A stretch of 62,465 nucleotides of DNA from an uncultured Prevotella sp. (GTDB lineage: Bacteria; Bacteroidota; Bacteroidia; Bacteroidales; Bacteroidaceae), in contig UQQN01000001.1 of NCBI GenBank assembly GCA_900543155.1, positions 1 through 62,465 of the forward strand, in the 5' to 3' direction. Positions 49,890 to 62,465 of the stretch are shown piece by piece. Position 1 is the first letter of the stretch; each line of letters starts with the position of its first letter. The position numbers were made by a program, and so were the translations under genes. Below the pieces are notes generated by a model that did not search any database, had not been told where the DNA came from, and worked only from the letters and a program-made list of their open reading frames with translations.

Positions 49890-52800
49890 TTAGGCTTCGT
49901 TTGCCTTTTCTGCTTGAGCACGTTCGTACTCTTCACGATCGGCAACAATAAGACGGCTGAACTCGCGTAAACCTGTACCAGCAGGGATGAGGTGACCGCA
50001 AATTACGTTCTCCTTCATACCTTCGAGGTAGTCGGTCTTTCCGCTGATAGCAGCTTCGTTAAGAACCTTAGTGGTTTCCTGGAACGATGCAGCCGACATG
50101 AAGCTCTTTGTCTGCAAGGCGGCACGAGTGATACCCTGAAGAATCTGGGTTGAAGTAGCAGCCATAGCATCACGAACCTTGACGAGCTTAAGATCACGAC
50201 GCTTAAGTTGTGAGTTCTCATCACGAAGCTTACGAGCAGTGACAATCATACCCTTCTTCATTGTTTCGCTATCACCAGCATCGATAACAACCTTCTTACC
50301 CCAGATGCGATCGTTCTCTTCAGCAAAGTCGAGTTTATCAACAATCTGTTGTTCAAGGAAGTGAGTATCGCCAGGTTCATTGATTTGAACCTTACGCATC
50401 ATCTGACGTACAATAACTTCGAAGTGCTTATCGTTAATCTTTACACCCTGAAGACGGTATACGTCCTGAACCTCATTAACAATGTACTCTTGCACAGCGG
50501 TGGGACCCTTGATAGCAAGAATATCACCTGGAGTGATTGAACCATCTGAAAGCGGTGTACCAGCACGAACGAAGTCGTTCTCCTGTACAAGAATTTGCTT
50601 TGACAGAGGTACGAGATACTTCTTAACTTCACCGAGCTTAGAAGTTACAATGATTTCGCGGTTACCACGCTTCACATTACCCATGCTAATCTCACCATCG
50701 ATTTCACTAACCACAGCGGGATTGCTCGGGTTACGTGCTTCGAACAATTCGGTTACACGAGGAAGACCACCGGTAATATCTCCCGCCTTACCTACTACAC
50801 GAGGAATCTTAACGAGAATATCACCTGCCTTAAGTTCCTGACCATCTTCTACTACGATGTGACCATTGATGGGGAAACTATAAGTGCGGATAACGTCGCC
50901 ATTTTCACCAAGAATGTGACAGTTAGGCACATGGCTCTTGTCCTTAGACTCAATAACGATGCGTTCACGAAGACCTGTTGCCTCATCTTCTTCAACACGG
51001 AAGCTGATACCTTCGGTAACATTTTCGAATTGTACCTTACCCGCATTTTCTGTAACGATTACAGCATTGAAGGGGTCCCACTTCGCAATAACGGTATCCT
51101 TGTCAACATGTTGACCTTCGCTTACGAAGAGTTGCGAACCATAAGGTACGTTTTGGTTAGACAGTACAATACCAGTATTTTCATCGATAAAACGTACTTC
51201 TGCCAAACGACCTACTACAATCTTACATTCCTTGCCTTCTTCATCGTGAGTATCTACGGTACGGAGTTCGTCGAACTCTACGCGACAATCGCTCTTAGCC
51301 TTAATTGTAGCATTGGCAGCAGCATTCGATGCAATACCACCGGCGTGGAATGTACGAAGTGTAAGCTGAGTACCAGGCTCACCAATTGACTGAGCGGCAA
51401 TAACACCTACTGCTTCACCCTTCTGTACCATACGGCTAGTAGCAAGGTTACGACCATAACACTTCATGCAGACACCATGCCTGCTCTCGCAAGTGAGTAC
51501 CGAACGAATTTCAACACTCTCGATGGGTGAAGCTTCAATTTCGGCTGCAATGGGTTCGGTGATTTCTTCGCCAGCAGCAACAATCAATTTGCCAGTGGTA
51601 GGATTGATAATATCGTGAACAGATACACGACCCAAGATACGCTCTGACAATGAAGAAATAATTTCGTCACCATCCTTGAGAGCGCTACATACAAGACCAC
51701 GGAGTGTACCACAATCTTCTTCGTTGATGATTACGTCGTGCGAAACGTCAACAAGACGACGAGTAAGGTAACCAGCATCGGCAGTCTTCAAAGCGGTATC
51801 AGCCAAACCCTTACGAGCACCGTGGGTTGAGATAAAGTACTCAAGCACTGACATACCCTCTTTGAAGTTTGAAAGAATCGGGTTTTCAATAATCTGCGCA
51901 CCTTCAGCACCAGCCTTTTGAGGTTTAGCCATCAAACCACGCATACCTGCAAGCTGTGCAATCTGATCGGCAGAACCACGGGCACCCGAGTCAAGCATCA
52001 TGAACACCGCATTGAAACCTTGGTCGGCTTCAGTCATCTGCTTCATCAAGGTCTTCTTGATGTCGGTATTTACGTGAGTCCAAGTATCAATTACCTGGTT
52101 GTAACGTTCGTTGTCGGTAATGAAACCCATGTTATAGTTCATGGTGATTTGCTCTACCTCCTCGTTACCACGTTTCACGATATCAGCCTTCTCTGCAGGG
52201 ATGATGATATCACCCAAGTTGAACGAAAGACCACCTTCATATGCCTTACGATAACCAAGATTCTTAATGCCATCAAGGAACTCGCATGCACGAGCCATAC
52301 CTACAGTCTTAATTACCTTTGAAATGATATCACGCAAGGATTTCTTGGCTACTACACAGTTGATAAAGCCACACTCTTCAGGAATAATGCCATTGACAAT
52401 AACACGACCCACTGAAGTTTCTACGAGATGCTTAACTTTTGCACCGCGCTCATCGATATCGTCAACCATGACCTTAACAGGAGCATGTACGTCTACACGA
52501 CGCTCGTTGAAAGCGATGAGGGCTTCTTCAGGACCATAGAATGTAAGACCTGAACCCTTGGCTCCGGGACGGAGCTTGGTAATATAGTAGAGACCAAGCA
52601 CCATATCCTGTGAAGGAACGGTGATAGGTGCACCATTGGCAGGGTTAAGAATGTTGTGACTTTGAAGCATCAACATCTGGGCTTCGAGTACGGCTTCATT
52701 GCTCAAGGGAAGGTGAACCGCCATCTGGTCACCGTCAAAGTCGGCGTTGAACGCTGTACATGCCAACGGGTGAAGCTGAATGGCTTTACCTTCGATCATC

Positions 52801-54152
52801 TTGGGTTGGAAAGCCTGAATACCAAGACGGTGAAGAGTCGGCGCACGGTTGAGGAGCACAGGGTGTCCCTTCATTACGTGTTCAAGAATATCCCAAATAA
52901 TTGGTTCGCGACGGTCTACAATCTTCTTGGCGCTCTTTACAGTCTTCACGATACCGCGCTCAATGAGCTTACGAATAATGAATGGCTTATAAAGTTCGGC
53001 TGCCATCAACTTAGGCAAACCGCATTCGCCCATCTTTAATTCAGGACCTACAACGATTACCGAACGAGCAGAATAGTCGACACGCTTACCGAGCAAGTTC
53101 TGACGGAAACGACCTGCCTTACCCTTCAATGAGTCAGAAAGTGACTTAAGGGGACGGTTGCTATCGCTCTTAACAGCAGAAGACTTACGTGAGTTGTCAA
53201 AGAGACTATCAACAGACTCTTGCAACATACGCTTTTCGTTACGAAGAATTACCTCAGGTGCCTTGATTTCGAGCAAACGCTTCAAACGATTGTTACGAAT
53301 GAGTACACGACGATAGAGGTCGTTCAAATCGGAAGTGGCAAAACGACCACCATCCAAAGGTACAAGAGGACGCAAATCGGGAGGAGTGACAGGGATAACC
53401 TTCATAATCATCCACTCGGGTTTGTTGCGGTCGCGACTTGTACGGAACGATTCTACAACCTGCAAACGCTTCAATGCTTCGTTCTTGCGTTGTACAGAAG
53501 ATGAAGAGTTAGCACGGTCACGCAACTCATATGAAAGGCTATCAAGATCGATACGCTTCAAGAGTTCGTAAACAGCCTCGGCACCCATCTTTGCAATGAA
53601 CTTGTTGGGATCAGAATCCTCAAGATATTGATTTTCCTTGGGGAGCTTCTGCAACAATTCAAGGTATTCGTCCTCGTTAAGGAGTGCATTTTGCTCTACA
53701 TCATCAGCCAACACACCTTGCTGAATAACAACGTAGCGCTCGTAATATATAATTTGATCGAGTTGCTTGGTGGGAATGCCCAACAAGTAACCAATTTTAT
53801 TAGGAAGTGAACGGAAGTACCAAATGTGAGCTACAGGCACAACCAATTGGATGTGACCAGCGCGTTCACGACGTACCTTCTTTTCTGTAACCTCTACACC
53901 ACAACGGTCGCAAACGATACCTTTGTAACGAATGCGCTTGTACTTACCACAGTGGCACTCGTAATCCTTTGTAGGACCGAAGATGCGCTCGCAGAACAAA
54001 CCGTCACGTTCGGGTTTGTAAGTACGGTAGTTGATAGTTTCGGGCTTCAACACCTCACCATACGAGTTTGCCATGATTTCTTCGGGCGAAGCCAAACCAA
54101 TGGTAATCTTCGTAAAGTTGTTCTTTATCTTGTTATCTCTTTTAAATGCCAT
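49890..54152 (-). CDS. rpoC: RNA polymerase beta' subunit
   Basis: NADFDGDQM catalytic motif, zinc ribbons. Confidence 0.99.
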   Translation of the reverse strand: MAFKRDNKIKNNFTKITIGLASPEEIMANSYGEVLKPETINYRTYKPERDGLFCERIFGPTKDYECHCGKYKRIRYKGIVCDRCGVEVTEKKVRRERAGHIQLVVPVAHIWYFRSLPNKIGYLLGIPTKQLDQIIYYERYVVIQQGVLADDVEQNALLNEDEYLELLQKLPKENQYLEDSDPNKFIAKMGAEAVYELLKRIDLDSLSYELRDRANSSSSVQRKNEALKRLQVVESFRTSRDRNKPEWMIMKVIPVTPPDLRPLVPLDGGRFATSDLNDLYRRVLIRNNRLKRLLEIKAPEVILRNEKRMLQESVDSLFDNSRKSSAVKSDSNRPLKSLSDSLKGKAGRFRQNLLGKRVDYSARSVIVVGPELKMGECGLPKLMAAELYKPFIIRKLIERGIVKTVKSAKKIVDRREPIIWDILEHVMKGHPVLLNRAPTLHRLGIQAFQPKMIEGKAIQLHPLACTAFNADFDGDQMAVHLPLSNEAVLEAQMLMLQSHNILNPANGAPITVPSQDMVLGLYYITKLRPGAKGSGLTFYGPEEALIAFNERRVDVHAPVKVMVDDIDERGAKVKHLVETSVGRVIVNGIIPEECGFINCVVAKKSLRDIISKVIKTVGMARACEFLDGIKNLGYRKAYEGGLSFNLGDIIIPAEKADIVKRGNEEVEQITMNYNMGFITDNERYNQVIDTWTHVNTDIKKTLMKQMTEADQGFNAVFMMLDSGARGSADQIAQLAGMRGLMAKPQKAGAEGAQIIENPILSNFKEGMSVLEYFISTHGARKGLADTALKTADAGYLTRRLVDVSHDVIINEEDCGTLRGLVCSALKDGDEIISSLSERILGRVSVHDIINPTTGKLIVAAGEEITEPIAAEIEASPIESVEIRSVLTCESRHGVCMKCYGRNLATSRMVQKGEAVGVIAAQSIGEPGTQLTLRTFHAGGIASNAAANATIKAKSDCRVEFDELRTVDTHDEEGKECKIVVGRLAEVRFIDENTGIVLSNQNVPYGSQLFVSEGQHVDKDTVIAKWDPFNAVIVTENAGKVQFENVTEGISFRVEEDEATGLRERIVIESKDKSHVPNCHILGENGDVIRTYSFPINGHIVVEDGQELKAGDILVKIPRVVGKAGDITGGLPRVTELFEARNPSNPAVVSEIDGEISMGNVKRGNREIIVTSKLGEVKKYLVPLSKQILVQENDFVRAGTPLSDGSITPGDILAIKGPTAVQEYIVNEVQDVYRLQGVKINDKHFEVIVRQMMRKVQINEPGDTHFLEQQIVDKLDFAEENDRIWGKKVVIDAGDSETMKKGMIVTARKLRDENSQLKRRDLKLVKVRDAMAATSTQILQGITRAALQTKSFMSAASFQETTKVLNEAAISGKTDYLEGMKENVICGHLIPAGTGLREFSRLIVADREEYERAQAEKANEA

Positions 54153-54177
54153 TTTTGAAAGGAATGAATGAGATTGG

Positions 54178-54316
54178 AAAAGTTGATAGTTTTATGAGTT
54201 TAGTGAGTTTCGCGAGTTTAATAAGTTTAGGAGTTTAATGAGTTTAGGAGTTACACGAACTCATTAAACTTAAACTCATTAAACTTATAAACTCTCATAA
54301 ACTTATAAACTTACTT
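54178..54316. repeat. AGTTT/AAACT short-period repeat hairpin between rpoB and rpoC
   Basis: AGTTT units every 8-9 nt (54188-54249) followed by complementary AAACT units (54257-54311). Confidence 0.85.
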
Positions 54317-57300
54317 TTAGTCGAGCGAGATGCTCAAGCCCAAACCACGGAGTTCGTGGAGCAATACGTTGAGCGATTCGGGGATGCCCGGTGTAGGCAT
54401 GGGATCACCCTTAACAATTGCTTCGTATGCCTTGGCACGACCAGTAACGTCGTCAGACTTGATGGTAAGGATTTCTTGAAGTACGTGCGATGCACCAAAG
54501 GCCTCAATGGCCCAAACTTCCATCTCACCAAAACGCTGACCACCAAACTGAGCTTTACCACCAAGAGGCTGTTGCGTAATAAGTGAGTACGGACCGATTG
54601 AACGGGCGTGCATCTTATCCTCAACCATGTGACCGAGTTTAAGCATGTAAGTAACACCCACTGTTGCCTTTTGGTCAAATGCCTCACCTGTAGCACCATC
54701 ATAAAGCTGAGTAGAGCAGTAACGGGGTAAACCAGCCTTATCAGTCCACTCGCAAAGGTCTTCGAGTTTTGCACCATCAAAAATGGGAGTTGCAAACTTC
54801 ACACCAAGCTTGCGACCTGCAGCACCAAGAACGGCTTCGAAAATCTGACCAATGTTCATACGCGAAGGCACACCCAACGGATTAAGCACGATATCTACAG
54901 GCGTACCATCTGCAAGGAACGGCATGTCTTCTTGACGTACCACCTTTGACACGATACCCTTGTTACCGTGACGACCTGCCATCTTATCGCCGACACCAAT
55001 CTTACGCTTTTTAGCAATGTAAACCTTAGCCTGCTGGATAATGCCAGAGGGAAGGTCATCACCAATAGTAATAGCAAACTTCTTGCGCTTGAGAATAGCA
55101 TCGAGTTGGTTGTACTTCTTCAAGTAATTAATTACCAACTGACGGATAAGTTTGTTAGCATGTGCATCATCAGTCCAATCGTGAAGCTCAACTGAAGTGT
55201 AGTCGAGTGCACTGAGCACAGCTTGGTTAAACTTGGTACCCTTTGCAATAACCTCAGAACCCACATTATCCTTAACACCCTGCGATTCTTTATCGCTGAT
55301 GAGAGAAAGAAGTTTGTTGATCATGATTTCCTTCAATTCCTCTGCATCCTTAACGAAGTCATCGTCGAGTTTCTGCAAAGTAACCTTGTCGGCAGCCTTA
55401 GCGCTACGAGTTTTTTGCACACGAGCAAAGAGGCGCTTGTTGATAACCACACCAGCGAGTGAAGGATTGGCCTTGAGTGAAGCATCCTTTACATCACCAG
55501 CCTTGTCACCAAAGATGGCACGGAGCAACTTCTCTTCAGGAGTAGGATCGCTTTCGCCCTTCGGAGTAATCTTACCAATAAGAATATCACCAGGAGCTAC
55601 ACGAGCACCAATACGGATAATACCAGTTTCATCAAGATCCTTAGTAGCATCCTCGCTCACGTTAGGAATATCGTTGGTAAACTCTTCCATACCGCGCTTA
55701 GTTTCGCGCACTTCGAGTGAGTATTCGTCAACGTGAACAGAAGTAAGAATATCATCGCGCACCATACGTTCGTTGAGCACGATAGCATCCTCGTAGTTGT
55801 AACCCTTCCAAGGCATGTAAGCCACAAGGAGGTTGCGACCCAAAGCGAGTTCGCCATTCTCAGTGGCATAACCTTCAGTAAGGATATCACCCTTATGAAC
55901 CTTCTGTCCCTTTTCGCAAATAGGACGGAGGTCAATGGTCATATTTTGGTTAGTACGACGGAATTTAGGAATGTCGTACTCTTTGACATTTGAATCGAAG
56001 CTTACGAATTCTTCATCCTCGCTACGTTCATAAGCAATACGAATAGTAGTGGCATCAACATATTCAATCACACCTTCGCCTTCGGCAGTAATCATGGTGC
56101 GAGAGTCTTCACACACTTGCTTTTCGATGCCAGTACCCACAATAGGTGCCTCGCTACGAATAAGAGGAACAGCCTGGCGCATCATGTTCGATCCCATCAA
56201 TGCACGGTGAGCATCATCGTGTTCCAAGAAGGGAATGAGTGAGGCAGCGATTGAAGCAATCTGCTGAGGAGCCACGTCAATAAGTTCTACCTGTGAAGGC
56301 GGAACTACAGGATAATCTGCATCCTGACGACACTTAACTTTATCGCGAATAAATGAACCATCATCGTTAAGAGGCGCATTACCCTGACCGATAATCTTGC
56401 CTTCTTCTTCTTCGGCAGACAAGTAAACAATGTCATCGTTGTTGAGATTTACAACTGAATCTTCAACCTTACGATAAGGAGTTTCAATGAAGCCGAGGTC
56501 ATCAATCTTAGCATACACACAGAGTGAAGAGATAAGACCAATGTTAGGACCTTCAGGCGACTCAATAGGACAGAGACGACCATAGTGCGTGTAGTGAACG
56601 TCACGCACCTCGAAACCTGCACGCTCACGTGAAAGACCACCAGGACCGAGGGCTGAAAGACGACGCTTGTGCGTTACCTCTGCCAAGGGGTTTGTTTGGT
56701 CCATGAACTGTGACAAAGCGTTGGTACCAAAGAACGAGTTGATTACGCTCGAAATAGTCTTTGCATTAATCAAGTCGGTCGGAGTGAACACTTCATTGTC
56801 ACGCACATTCATACGCTCGCGAATTGTGCGACTCATACGTGCCAAACCAATAGCAAATTGGTTAGAAAGTTGTTCACCTACAGTACGTACACGACGATTG
56901 CTCAAGTGGTCAATATCATCGACAGTAGCCTTTGAGTTAATCAACTCTACAAGATACTTAATGATTTCGATGATATCCTCGCGAGTCAACACGCGTACAT
57001 CCATCTCGGTGCTGAGATTGAGCTTCTTGTTGATTCTATAACGACCAACTTCACCCAAGTCATAACGCTTCTCTGAGAAGAAAAGGTTATTAATAACCTC
57101 ACGAGCCGAAGCATCATCAGCAGGCTCCGCATTACGGAGCTGGCGATAGATATAATTAACAGCCTCCTGCTCAGAGTTTGAGGGGTCCTTCTGCAGCGTA
57201 TTGAAAATGATAGAATAGTCAGTACCTGTGCTCTGTTCAGGGTGAACAAGAATTGTCTGCACACCCGAAGAAAGAATAATGTCGGCTGTCTCTTCTGTGA

Positions 57301-58129
57301 TTTCTTGCTCACGATCGAGCAAAACTTCGTTACGCTCGATAGACATTACTTCGCCAGTGTCAGGATCTACGAAGTCCTCGAGTGTTGTTGAAAGCACACG
57401 TGCTGCAAGCTTACGACCAATTAACTTCTTCAAATTGGTTTTGTTAACCTTGAATTCCTCAGCAAGGTTGAAGATCTGAAGAATGTCCTTATCACTTTCA
57501 AAACCGATGGCACGGAGCAAAGTGGTAACGGGCAACTTCTTTTTACGGTCGATGTAAGCATACATCACATTGTTAATGTCCGTGGCAAACTCAATCCAAG
57601 AACCCTTGAACGGAATGATACGAGCAGAATAGAGCTGCGTACCATTAGTGTGTACACTTGAACCGAAGAATACGCCAGGTGAACGGTGCAACTGTGAAAC
57701 AACTACACGTTCGGCACCATTAATAATAAAGGTACCATTATCCGACATATAAGGGATAGAGCCAAGGAACACGTCCTGTACTACTGTATCGAAATCTTCG
57801 TGATCAGGGTCAGTACAGTAAAGTTTCAGTTTGGCCTTGAGGGGCACACTATAAGTGAGTCCGCGCTCCAAACATTCCTTAATAGAGTAACGCGGTTCGT
57901 CGATATAATAGTCGATGAACTCCAATACAAAGTTGTTGCGAGTATCAGCAATAGGGAAGTTCTCAGCAAAAACTTTGTACAGGCCGTCGTTCTTGCGCAA
58001 TTCGCTAGGAGTGTCGAGCTGCAGAAAATCTTTGAAAGACTTTAACTGGACGTCCAAGAAATCGGGATAAGGCATCGGATTCTTAACGGACGCAAAGTTT
58101 ACACGTTGATTAATAACTCTGGAAGACAT
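54317..58129 (-). CDS. rpoB: RNA polymerase beta subunit
   Basis: [31 protein letters not shown]. Confidence 0.99.
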   Translation of the reverse strand: MSSRVINQRVNFASVKNPMPYPDFLDVQLKSFKDFLQLDTPSELRKNDGLYKVFAENFPIADTRNNFVLEFIDYYIDEPRYSIKECLERGLTYSVPLKAKLKLYCTDPDHEDFDTVVQDVFLGSIPYMSDNGTFIINGAERVVVSQLHRSPGVFFGSSVHTNGTQLYSARIIPFKGSWIEFATDINNVMYAYIDRKKKLPVTTLLRAIGFESDKDILQIFNLAEEFKVNKTNLKKLIGRKLAARVLSTTLEDFVDPDTGEVMSIERNEVLLDREQEITEETADIILSSGVQTILVHPEQSTGTDYSIIFNTLQKDPSNSEQEAVNYIYRQLRNAEPADDASAREVINNLFFSEKRYDLGEVGRYRINKKLNLSTEMDVRVLTREDIIEIIKYLVELINSKATVDDIDHLSNRRVRTVGEQLSNQFAIGLARMSRTIRERMNVRDNEVFTPTDLINAKTISSVINSFFGTNALSQFMDQTNPLAEVTHKRRLSALGPGGLSRERAGFEVRDVHYTHYGRLCPIESPEGPNIGLISSLCVYAKIDDLGFIETPYRKVEDSVVNLNNDDIVYLSAEEEEGKIIGQGNAPLNDDGSFIRDKVKCRQDADYPVVPPSQVELIDVAPQQIASIAASLIPFLEHDDAHRALMGSNMMRQAVPLIRSEAPIVGTGIEKQVCEDSRTMITAEGEGVIEYVDATTIRIAYERSEDEEFVSFDSNVKEYDIPKFRRTNQNMTIDLRPICEKGQKVHKGDILTEGYATENGELALGRNLLVAYMPWKGYNYEDAIVLNERMVRDDILTSVHVDEYSLEVRETKRGMEEFTNDIPNVSEDATKDLDETGIIRIGARVAPGDILIGKITPKGESDPTPEEKLLRAIFGDKAGDVKDASLKANPSLAGVVINKRLFARVQKTRSAKAADKVTLQKLDDDFVKDAEELKEIMINKLLSLISDKESQGVKDNVGSEVIAKGTKFNQAVLSALDYTSVELHDWTDDAHANKLIRQLVINYLKKYNQLDAILKRKKFAITIGDDLPSGIIQQAKVYIAKKRKIGVGDKMAGRHGNKGIVSKVVRQEDMPFLADGTPVDIVLNPLGVPSRMNIGQIFEAVLGAAGRKLGVKFATPIFDGAKLEDLCEWTDKAGLPRYCSTQLYDGATGEAFDQKATVGVTYMLKLGHMVEDKMHARSIGPYSLITQQPLGGKAQFGGQRFGEMEVWAIEAFGASHVLQEILTIKSDDVTGRAKAYEAIVKGDPMPTPGIPESLNVLLHELRGLGLSISLD

Positions 58130-58343
58130 TCGTCAAATATGTTGGGGATGAATGAAAAGTTTATGGGTTTACAAGCGGATTAGGAGGTTAAGGGATTAGA
58201 GGTAGCAAAAGAATCGTGATTCAGACGACATGAAGGAGAAGCCAGAATGGCGATTCAAAGTCCTCTAAGCCGAAAAACCACAAAGCCCTTAGCCTCATAA
58301 ACCTATAAGCCAAGAAAGAGTGCCTGTAAAAATGTATAGACAC

Positions 58344-58381
58344 AAAAAGGTTATGAACCCTCTACCAGAAGATTCATAACC
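58344..58381 (-). terminator. Terminator/attenuator between rplL and rpoB
   Basis: ggttatgaa ... ttcataacc with A5 on the plus strand. Confidence 0.7.
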
Positions 58382-58406
58382 ATAACCCTTATGGGGGAAA
58401 TTCTTA

Positions 58407-58781
58407 TTAGGCGAGTTCAACCTCAGCACCAGCCTCTTCGAGAGCCTTCTTGAGTGCTTCAGCTTCTTCCTTAGCAACACCTTCCTTAACCTTAGAAGGA
58501 GCACCGTCTACGATGTCCTTAGCTTCCTTCAAGCCGAGACCGCAGTGTTCCTTAACGGCCTTAACAACCTGAAGCTTAGCAGCACCTGCGCTCTTGAGAA
58601 CTACGTCGAATGAAGTCTTCTCTTCAGCAGCAGCACCACCAGCAGCGGGACCAGCAGCAACAGCAACAGCTGCAGCAGCGGGTTCAATTCCGTACTCGTC
58701 CTTGAGGATAGTTGCCAACTCGTTTACTTCTTTCACTGTCAAATTTACCAATTCTTCAGCGATAGCTTTGATATCTGCCAT
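58407..58781 (-). CDS. rplL: 50S ribosomal protein L7/L12
   Basis: AAAAVAVA hinge, [18 protein letters not shown]. Confidence 0.99.
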   Translation of the reverse strand: MADIKAIAEELVNLTVKEVNELATILKDEYGIEPAAAAVAVAAGPAAGGAAAEEKTSFDVVLKSAGAAKLQVVKAVKEHCGLGLKEAKDIVDGAPSKVKEGVAKEEAEALKKALEEAGAEVELA

Positions 58782-58859
58782 TTTCTTAAATGTATTTTTT
58801 TGTTTGTTTTCTAAATTTGATTGGATTACCCAGTGCGCCGGCAGGGCACGTATTGGGAT

Positions 58860-59378
58860 TTATTCAGGGCGTTCGCCCAAAGTTTTAAGCACACCATGAA
58901 TGGTCTGACCTGCGCCAGAGAGGGCAGAGATAACATTCTTGGCGGGTGACTGCAGCAAAGCAACAACCTCGGCGATAACCTCGTTTTTGCTCTTGATTGC
59001 GCAGAGTGTTTCGAGTTGGTCTGCACCAACGTAGAAACCTTCTTCAGCATAAGCACCCTTCAATGCGGGGATGCCATCCTTGCTAGTATCCTTGATGAGC
59101 TTAGCAGGAACATTTGCTGTTTCGCAGAAAAATACTGCAGTAGTACCTTTCAAGCAACCGTAAAGTGGAGAGAAGTCCACTTCAGAAGCTTCGAAAGCCT
59201 TGTGCAAGAGAGTATTCTTTACAACCACCATCTTAACGCCGGCACCGAAAGCCTTGCGGCGAAGAGCTGAAGTAGCTTCAGCATTCATGCCAGTAACGTC
59301 AACGAGATAGAAGTGTGCGTGTTCTTTGAGTTGTTCACCGAGCTTCTCGATGATAATTACTTTATCTTCCTTCTTCAT
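58860..59378 (-). CDS. rplJ: 50S ribosomal protein L10
   Basis: VVKNTL, position in rplKAJL. Confidence 0.98.
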   Translation of the reverse strand: MKKEDKVIIIEKLGEQLKEHAHFYLVDVTGMNAEATSALRRKAFGAGVKMVVVKNTLLHKAFEASEVDFSPLYGCLKGTTAVFFCETANVPAKLIKDTSKDGIPALKGAYAEEGFYVGADQLETLCAIKSKNEVIAEVVALLQSPAKNVISALSGAGQTIHGVLKTLGERPE

Positions 59379-59392
59379 GATTGTAATTCAGT

Positions 59393-60091
59393 TTAGATTT
59401 CTTCTACAGACTTAGGATCAACCTTGATACCCTTACTCATGGTAGATGAAAGATAAATACTCTTAATATAAGTACCCTTGGCACTTGCGGGCTTCAACTT
59501 GATGATAGTAGCCATGAACTCCTTGGCATTACCAAAGATTTGTTCAGGAGAGAAAGAAGCCTTACCGATTGAAGTGTGAACAATACCGCTCTTATCAACC
59601 TTAAAGTCAATCTTACCCTGCTTAACCTCGCGGATAGCCTTGGCAACATCCATTGTTACAGTACCACTCTTGGGGTTAGGCATCAAACCACGAGGACCGA
59701 GCACACGACCCAGAGCACCAATTTTACCCATGATGGCAGGCATTGTGATGATTACATCAATGTCAGTCCAACCACCTTTAATTTTCTCGATATATTCATC
59801 GAGACCTACGTAGTCAGCGCCAGCTTCTTTAGCAGCAGCTTCGGCATCAGGCGTACAGAGGCAGAGCACACGTACAGTCTTACCAGTACCATTCGGGAGC
59901 GAAACAACGCCACGAACCATCTGATTAGCCTTACGGGGGTCTACACCCAAGCGTACGTCAATATCGACTGAAGCATCAAACTTGGTAGTGGTAATTTCCT
60001 TTACCAAAGATGCAGCTTCTTTCAACGAATAAGCCTTCCCTGCTTCAACTTTGTCAGCGACTAACTTCTGATTTTTTGTCAGTTTACTCAT
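59393..60091 (-). CDS. rplA: 50S ribosomal protein L1
   Basis: [22 protein letters not shown]. Confidence 0.99.
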   Translation of the reverse strand: MSKLTKNQKLVADKVEAGKAYSLKEAASLVKEITTTKFDASVDIDVRLGVDPRKANQMVRGVVSLPNGTGKTVRVLCLCTPDAEAAAKEAGADYVGLDEYIEKIKGGWTDIDVIITMPAIMGKIGALGRVLGPRGLMPNPKSGTVTMDVAKAIREVKQGKIDFKVDKSGIVHTSIGKASFSPEQIFGNAKEFMATIIKLKPASAKGTYIKSIYLSSTMSKGIKVDPKSVEEI

Positions 60092-60113
60092 TGTTCAAAT
60101 TTGAAGTTTAAAA

Positions 60114-60554
60114 TTATTCACCAGGGAAGTCACCCTTTACTGTGATACCCATGCTGCGGGCAGTACCAGCTACCATACGCATTGCACTTTCAACTGTGAA
60201 GCAGTTTAAGTCGGGCATCTTGTCTTCTGCGATTGCCTTAACCTGATCCCAAGTAATCTCAGCGACCTTAGTACGGTTAGGAGCAGCAGAACCGCTCTTC
60301 TTTTTGGCTGCTTCCAGCAATTGAATTGCTACAGGAGGAGTCTTTACGATGAAAGAGAAAGACTTGTCATTGTAGTAAGTAATGACAACCGGTAATACCT
60401 TACCAGCCTTGTCCTGAGTTCTGGCGTTGAACTGCTTGCAGAAATCCATGATGTTGATACCCTTAGAACCCAAAGCAGGACCTACGGGAGGTGAAGGATT
60501 TGCAGCGCCGCCCTTAATCTGTAATTTGATTAATCCAGCAACTTCTTTAGCCAT
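60114..60554 (-). CDS. rplK: 50S ribosomal protein L11
   Basis: [19 protein letters not shown]. Confidence 0.99.
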   Translation of the reverse strand: MAKEVAGLIKLQIKGGAANPSPPVGPALGSKGINIMDFCKQFNARTQDKAGKVLPVVITYYNDKSFSFIVKTPPVAIQLLEAAKKKSGSAAPNRTKVAEITWDQVKAIAEDKMPDLNCFTVESAMRMVAGTARSMGITVKGDFPGE

Positions 60555-60623
60555 TGTTGTTTATTAAAAAATTAAATTGTGACGAGGAAATAAAATAACG
60601 TGGGTCGTAACTCACCCAACGTA

Positions 60624-61166
60624 CTATTCCTTTTCAATCTGCATAAAACCGAGGTCAAGTCCCGTATTGCGACCAAACACCTTTACGATGACAGTCACTT
60701 TCTTCTTCTCTTCGTCAATCTTTTCAATAACACCAGAGAATCCGCTGAACGGTCCGTCTACAACCTTAACGTTTTCGCCTACGATGTAAGGGATTTCGAT
60801 TTCCTGAGGAGCATCCTCAAGTTCATCTACCTTACCAAGGATGCGGTTCACCTCGCTCTCGCGTAGAGGGGTGGGATTATCCATTCCACCGAGAAAACCC
60901 AACACATTAGGAGTGCTACGCAACTCGTGAACGGTTTCACCTACCAATCGAGCCTCTACAAGAACATAGCCGGGAAGATAGAGGCGTTCCTTAATAACTT
61001 GTTTGTTACCGCGGAGTGCTTTAACCTTCTCGGTTGGGATGAGTACTTGCGAAACATGACCGCCAAGGCGGCCATTTTTAATTTCAGCATCGATGTACTC
61101 TTTTACCTTCATTTCTTTTCCACTCACAGCACGCAAAACGTACCATGCCATTTGTGCTTGTGCCAT
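60624..61166 (-). CDS. nusG: Transcription termination/antitermination factor NusG
   Basis: WYVLR..SG.E, PGYVLV, KOW VVDGPFSGFSG. Confidence 0.98.
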   Translation of the reverse strand: MAQAQMAWYVLRAVSGKEMKVKEYIDAEIKNGRLGGHVSQVLIPTEKVKALRGNKQVIKERLYLPGYVLVEARLVGETVHELRSTPNVLGFLGGMDNPTPLRESEVNRILGKVDELEDAPQEIEIPYIVGENVKVVDGPFSGFSGVIEKIDEEKKKVTVIVKVFGRNTGLDLGFMQIEKE

Positions 61167-61173
61167 GTCGAAT

Positions 61174-61368
61174 TTAGTTTAAAGGATAAATGAGGTGCAT
61201 AATTGACTCGAATACCGTATCCATGAGATACACCACGAGTGCTATGATGATGGAAGCTGTTAACACAACAATCGCGCTGTGAGTCAACTCCTTTCTCGTA
61301 GGCCACGTGGTCTTATGAGATAATTCGTCGTATGAATCTTTGCAGTATGCAATTACTTTCTGGAACAT
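61174..61368 (-). CDS. secE: Preprotein translocase SecE
   Basis: ELSHKTTWPT plus a single TM helix. Start at ATG 61368. Confidence 0.96.
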   Translation of the reverse strand: MFQKVIAYCKDSYDELSHKTTWPTRKELTHSAIVVLTASIIIALVVYLMDTVFESIMHLIYPLN

Positions 61369-61383
61369 ATATGTATCGTTTAG

Positions 61384-61456
61384 CACGGGAAGAGAGGCTC
61401 GAACTCCCGACACCTGGTTTTGGAGACCAGTGCTCTACCAACTGAGCTATTCCCGT
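61384..61456 (-). tRNA. tRNA-Trp(CCA)
   Basis: acgggaa/ttcccgt acceptor, ctggt-ct-CCA-aa-accag anticodon arm, gttcga T-loop. Confidence 0.97.
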
Positions 61457-61527
61457 AAAAATAGGCCTTGCCTTGATTGACAAGGACCTATTGTATGATT
61501 ATTGAATGGTCTAAAACCAATCGAGTA

Positions 61528-62465
61528 TTAGTCGAGGATTTCAGTAATCTGACCAGAACCTACTGTACGACCACCTTCACGGATAGCGAAGCGGAGACCT
61601 ACGTTGATAGCTACAGCGTAGATGAGTTCTACAGAGATTTCTACGTTATCGCCAGGCATTACCATTTCAGTACCTTCGGGGAGGTGGATTTCACCTGTAC
61701 AGTCCATAGTACGGAGATAGAACTGAGGACGATACTTATTACCGAATGGAGTGTGACGACCACCTTCTTCCTTCTTCAATACGTAGATAGAAGCCTTGAA
61801 CTTCTTATGCGGAGTGATTACACCCGGGTGAGTGATAACCATACCACGCTTGATTTCAGACTTATCGATACCACGGAGGAGAAGACCTACGTTATCACCA
61901 GCTTCACCTTCGTCGAGGATCTTACGGAACATCTCAACACCAGTTACAACTGACTTCTTATCTTCACCAAGACCAAGGATCTGAACTTCGTCACCAACCT
62001 TAACGATACCAGTTTCAACACGACCAGTTGCAACAGTACCACGACCAGTGATTGAGAATACATCCTCAACAGGCATCAAGAAAGGCTTCTCAACGTCACG
62101 AGTAGGCTCCTGAATCCAAGAGTCAACAGCGTTCATGAGCTCCATTACAGAATCTTCCCACTTAGCAACGCCGTTCAAAGCACCGAGTGCAGAACCACGA
62201 ATGATAGGAGTATCCTCTTCGAAGTCATACTGTTCAAGGAGTTCGCGCATTTCCATTTCTACGAGCTCGAGCATTTCTTCGTCCTCAACCATATCGCACT
62301 TGTTCAAGAACACAACGAGACGGGGAACGTTTACCTGACGAGCGAGAAGGATATGCTCACGAGTCTGAGGCATAGGACCATCAGTAGCAGCAACTACGAT
62401 GATAGCACCATCCATCTGAGCAGCACCAGTTACCATGTTCTTTACGTAGTCGGCGTGACCCGGGC
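61528..62465 (-). CDS. tuf: Elongation factor Tu (5' end outside the window)
   Basis: [39 protein letters not shown]. Confidence 0.99.
   Translation of the reverse strand, partial: PGHADYVKNMVTGAAQMDGAIIVVAATDGPMPQTREHILLARQVNVPRLVVFLNKCDMVEDEEMLELVEMEMRELLEQYDFEEDTPIIRGSALGALNGVAKWEDSVMELMNAVDSWIQEPTRDVEKPFLMPVEDVFSITGRGTVATGRVETGIVKVGDEVQILGLGEDKKSVVTGVEMFRKILDEGEAGDNVGLLLRGIDKSEIKRGMVITHPGVITPHKKFKASIYVLKKEEGGRHTPFGNKYRPQFYLRTMDCTGEIHLPEGTEMVMPGDNVEISVELIYAVAINVGLRFAIREGGRTVGSGQITEILD

Overview
Bacteroidales chromosome segment, probably Prevotellaceae. This is inferred from TAnnTTTG/-33 TTG promoters, Shine-Dalgarno-free A-rich leaders and Bacteroidetes-type ribosomal proteins. The right two thirds is core translation/transcription machinery, all on the minus strand: tuf (partial)-tRNA-Trp-secE-nusG-rplKAJL-rpoBC, then rplC to rplQ (S10/spc/alpha). 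The rpsL-rpsG-fusA-rpsJ block is absent between rpoC and rplC. In its place are a secreted GH2, a tandem-SGNH esterase, dnaX, slyD and aroC, and rplC has its own promoter and a structured leader. The left third is mixed: a frameshifted amidase end, an outer-membrane beta-barrel receptor, a MITE/REPIN-like palindrome with a nested insertion, an LTA-synthase-family protein, an LRR-GH20 fusion, tsaE, cysC, EamA, tRNA-Pro, two AAA_14-type ATPases flanking nifJ, ddh, rubrerythrin, a poly-T-frameshifted membrane gene and a YtrA/ABC operon. The most unusual signals are non-coding: (i) an ~84-bp element present twice with co-varying TGACA/TGTCA inverted repeats; (ii) a 3 x 33-bp array abutting the promoter of an AAA-DUF4143 ATPase gene next to tRNA-Pro; (iii) an 11-bp tandem repeat shared by two long intergenic regions; (iv) a candidate stand-alone sRNA and an rplC leader RNA. 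No CRISPR array, integrase or transposase was seen. All calls are by eye, with no database search.
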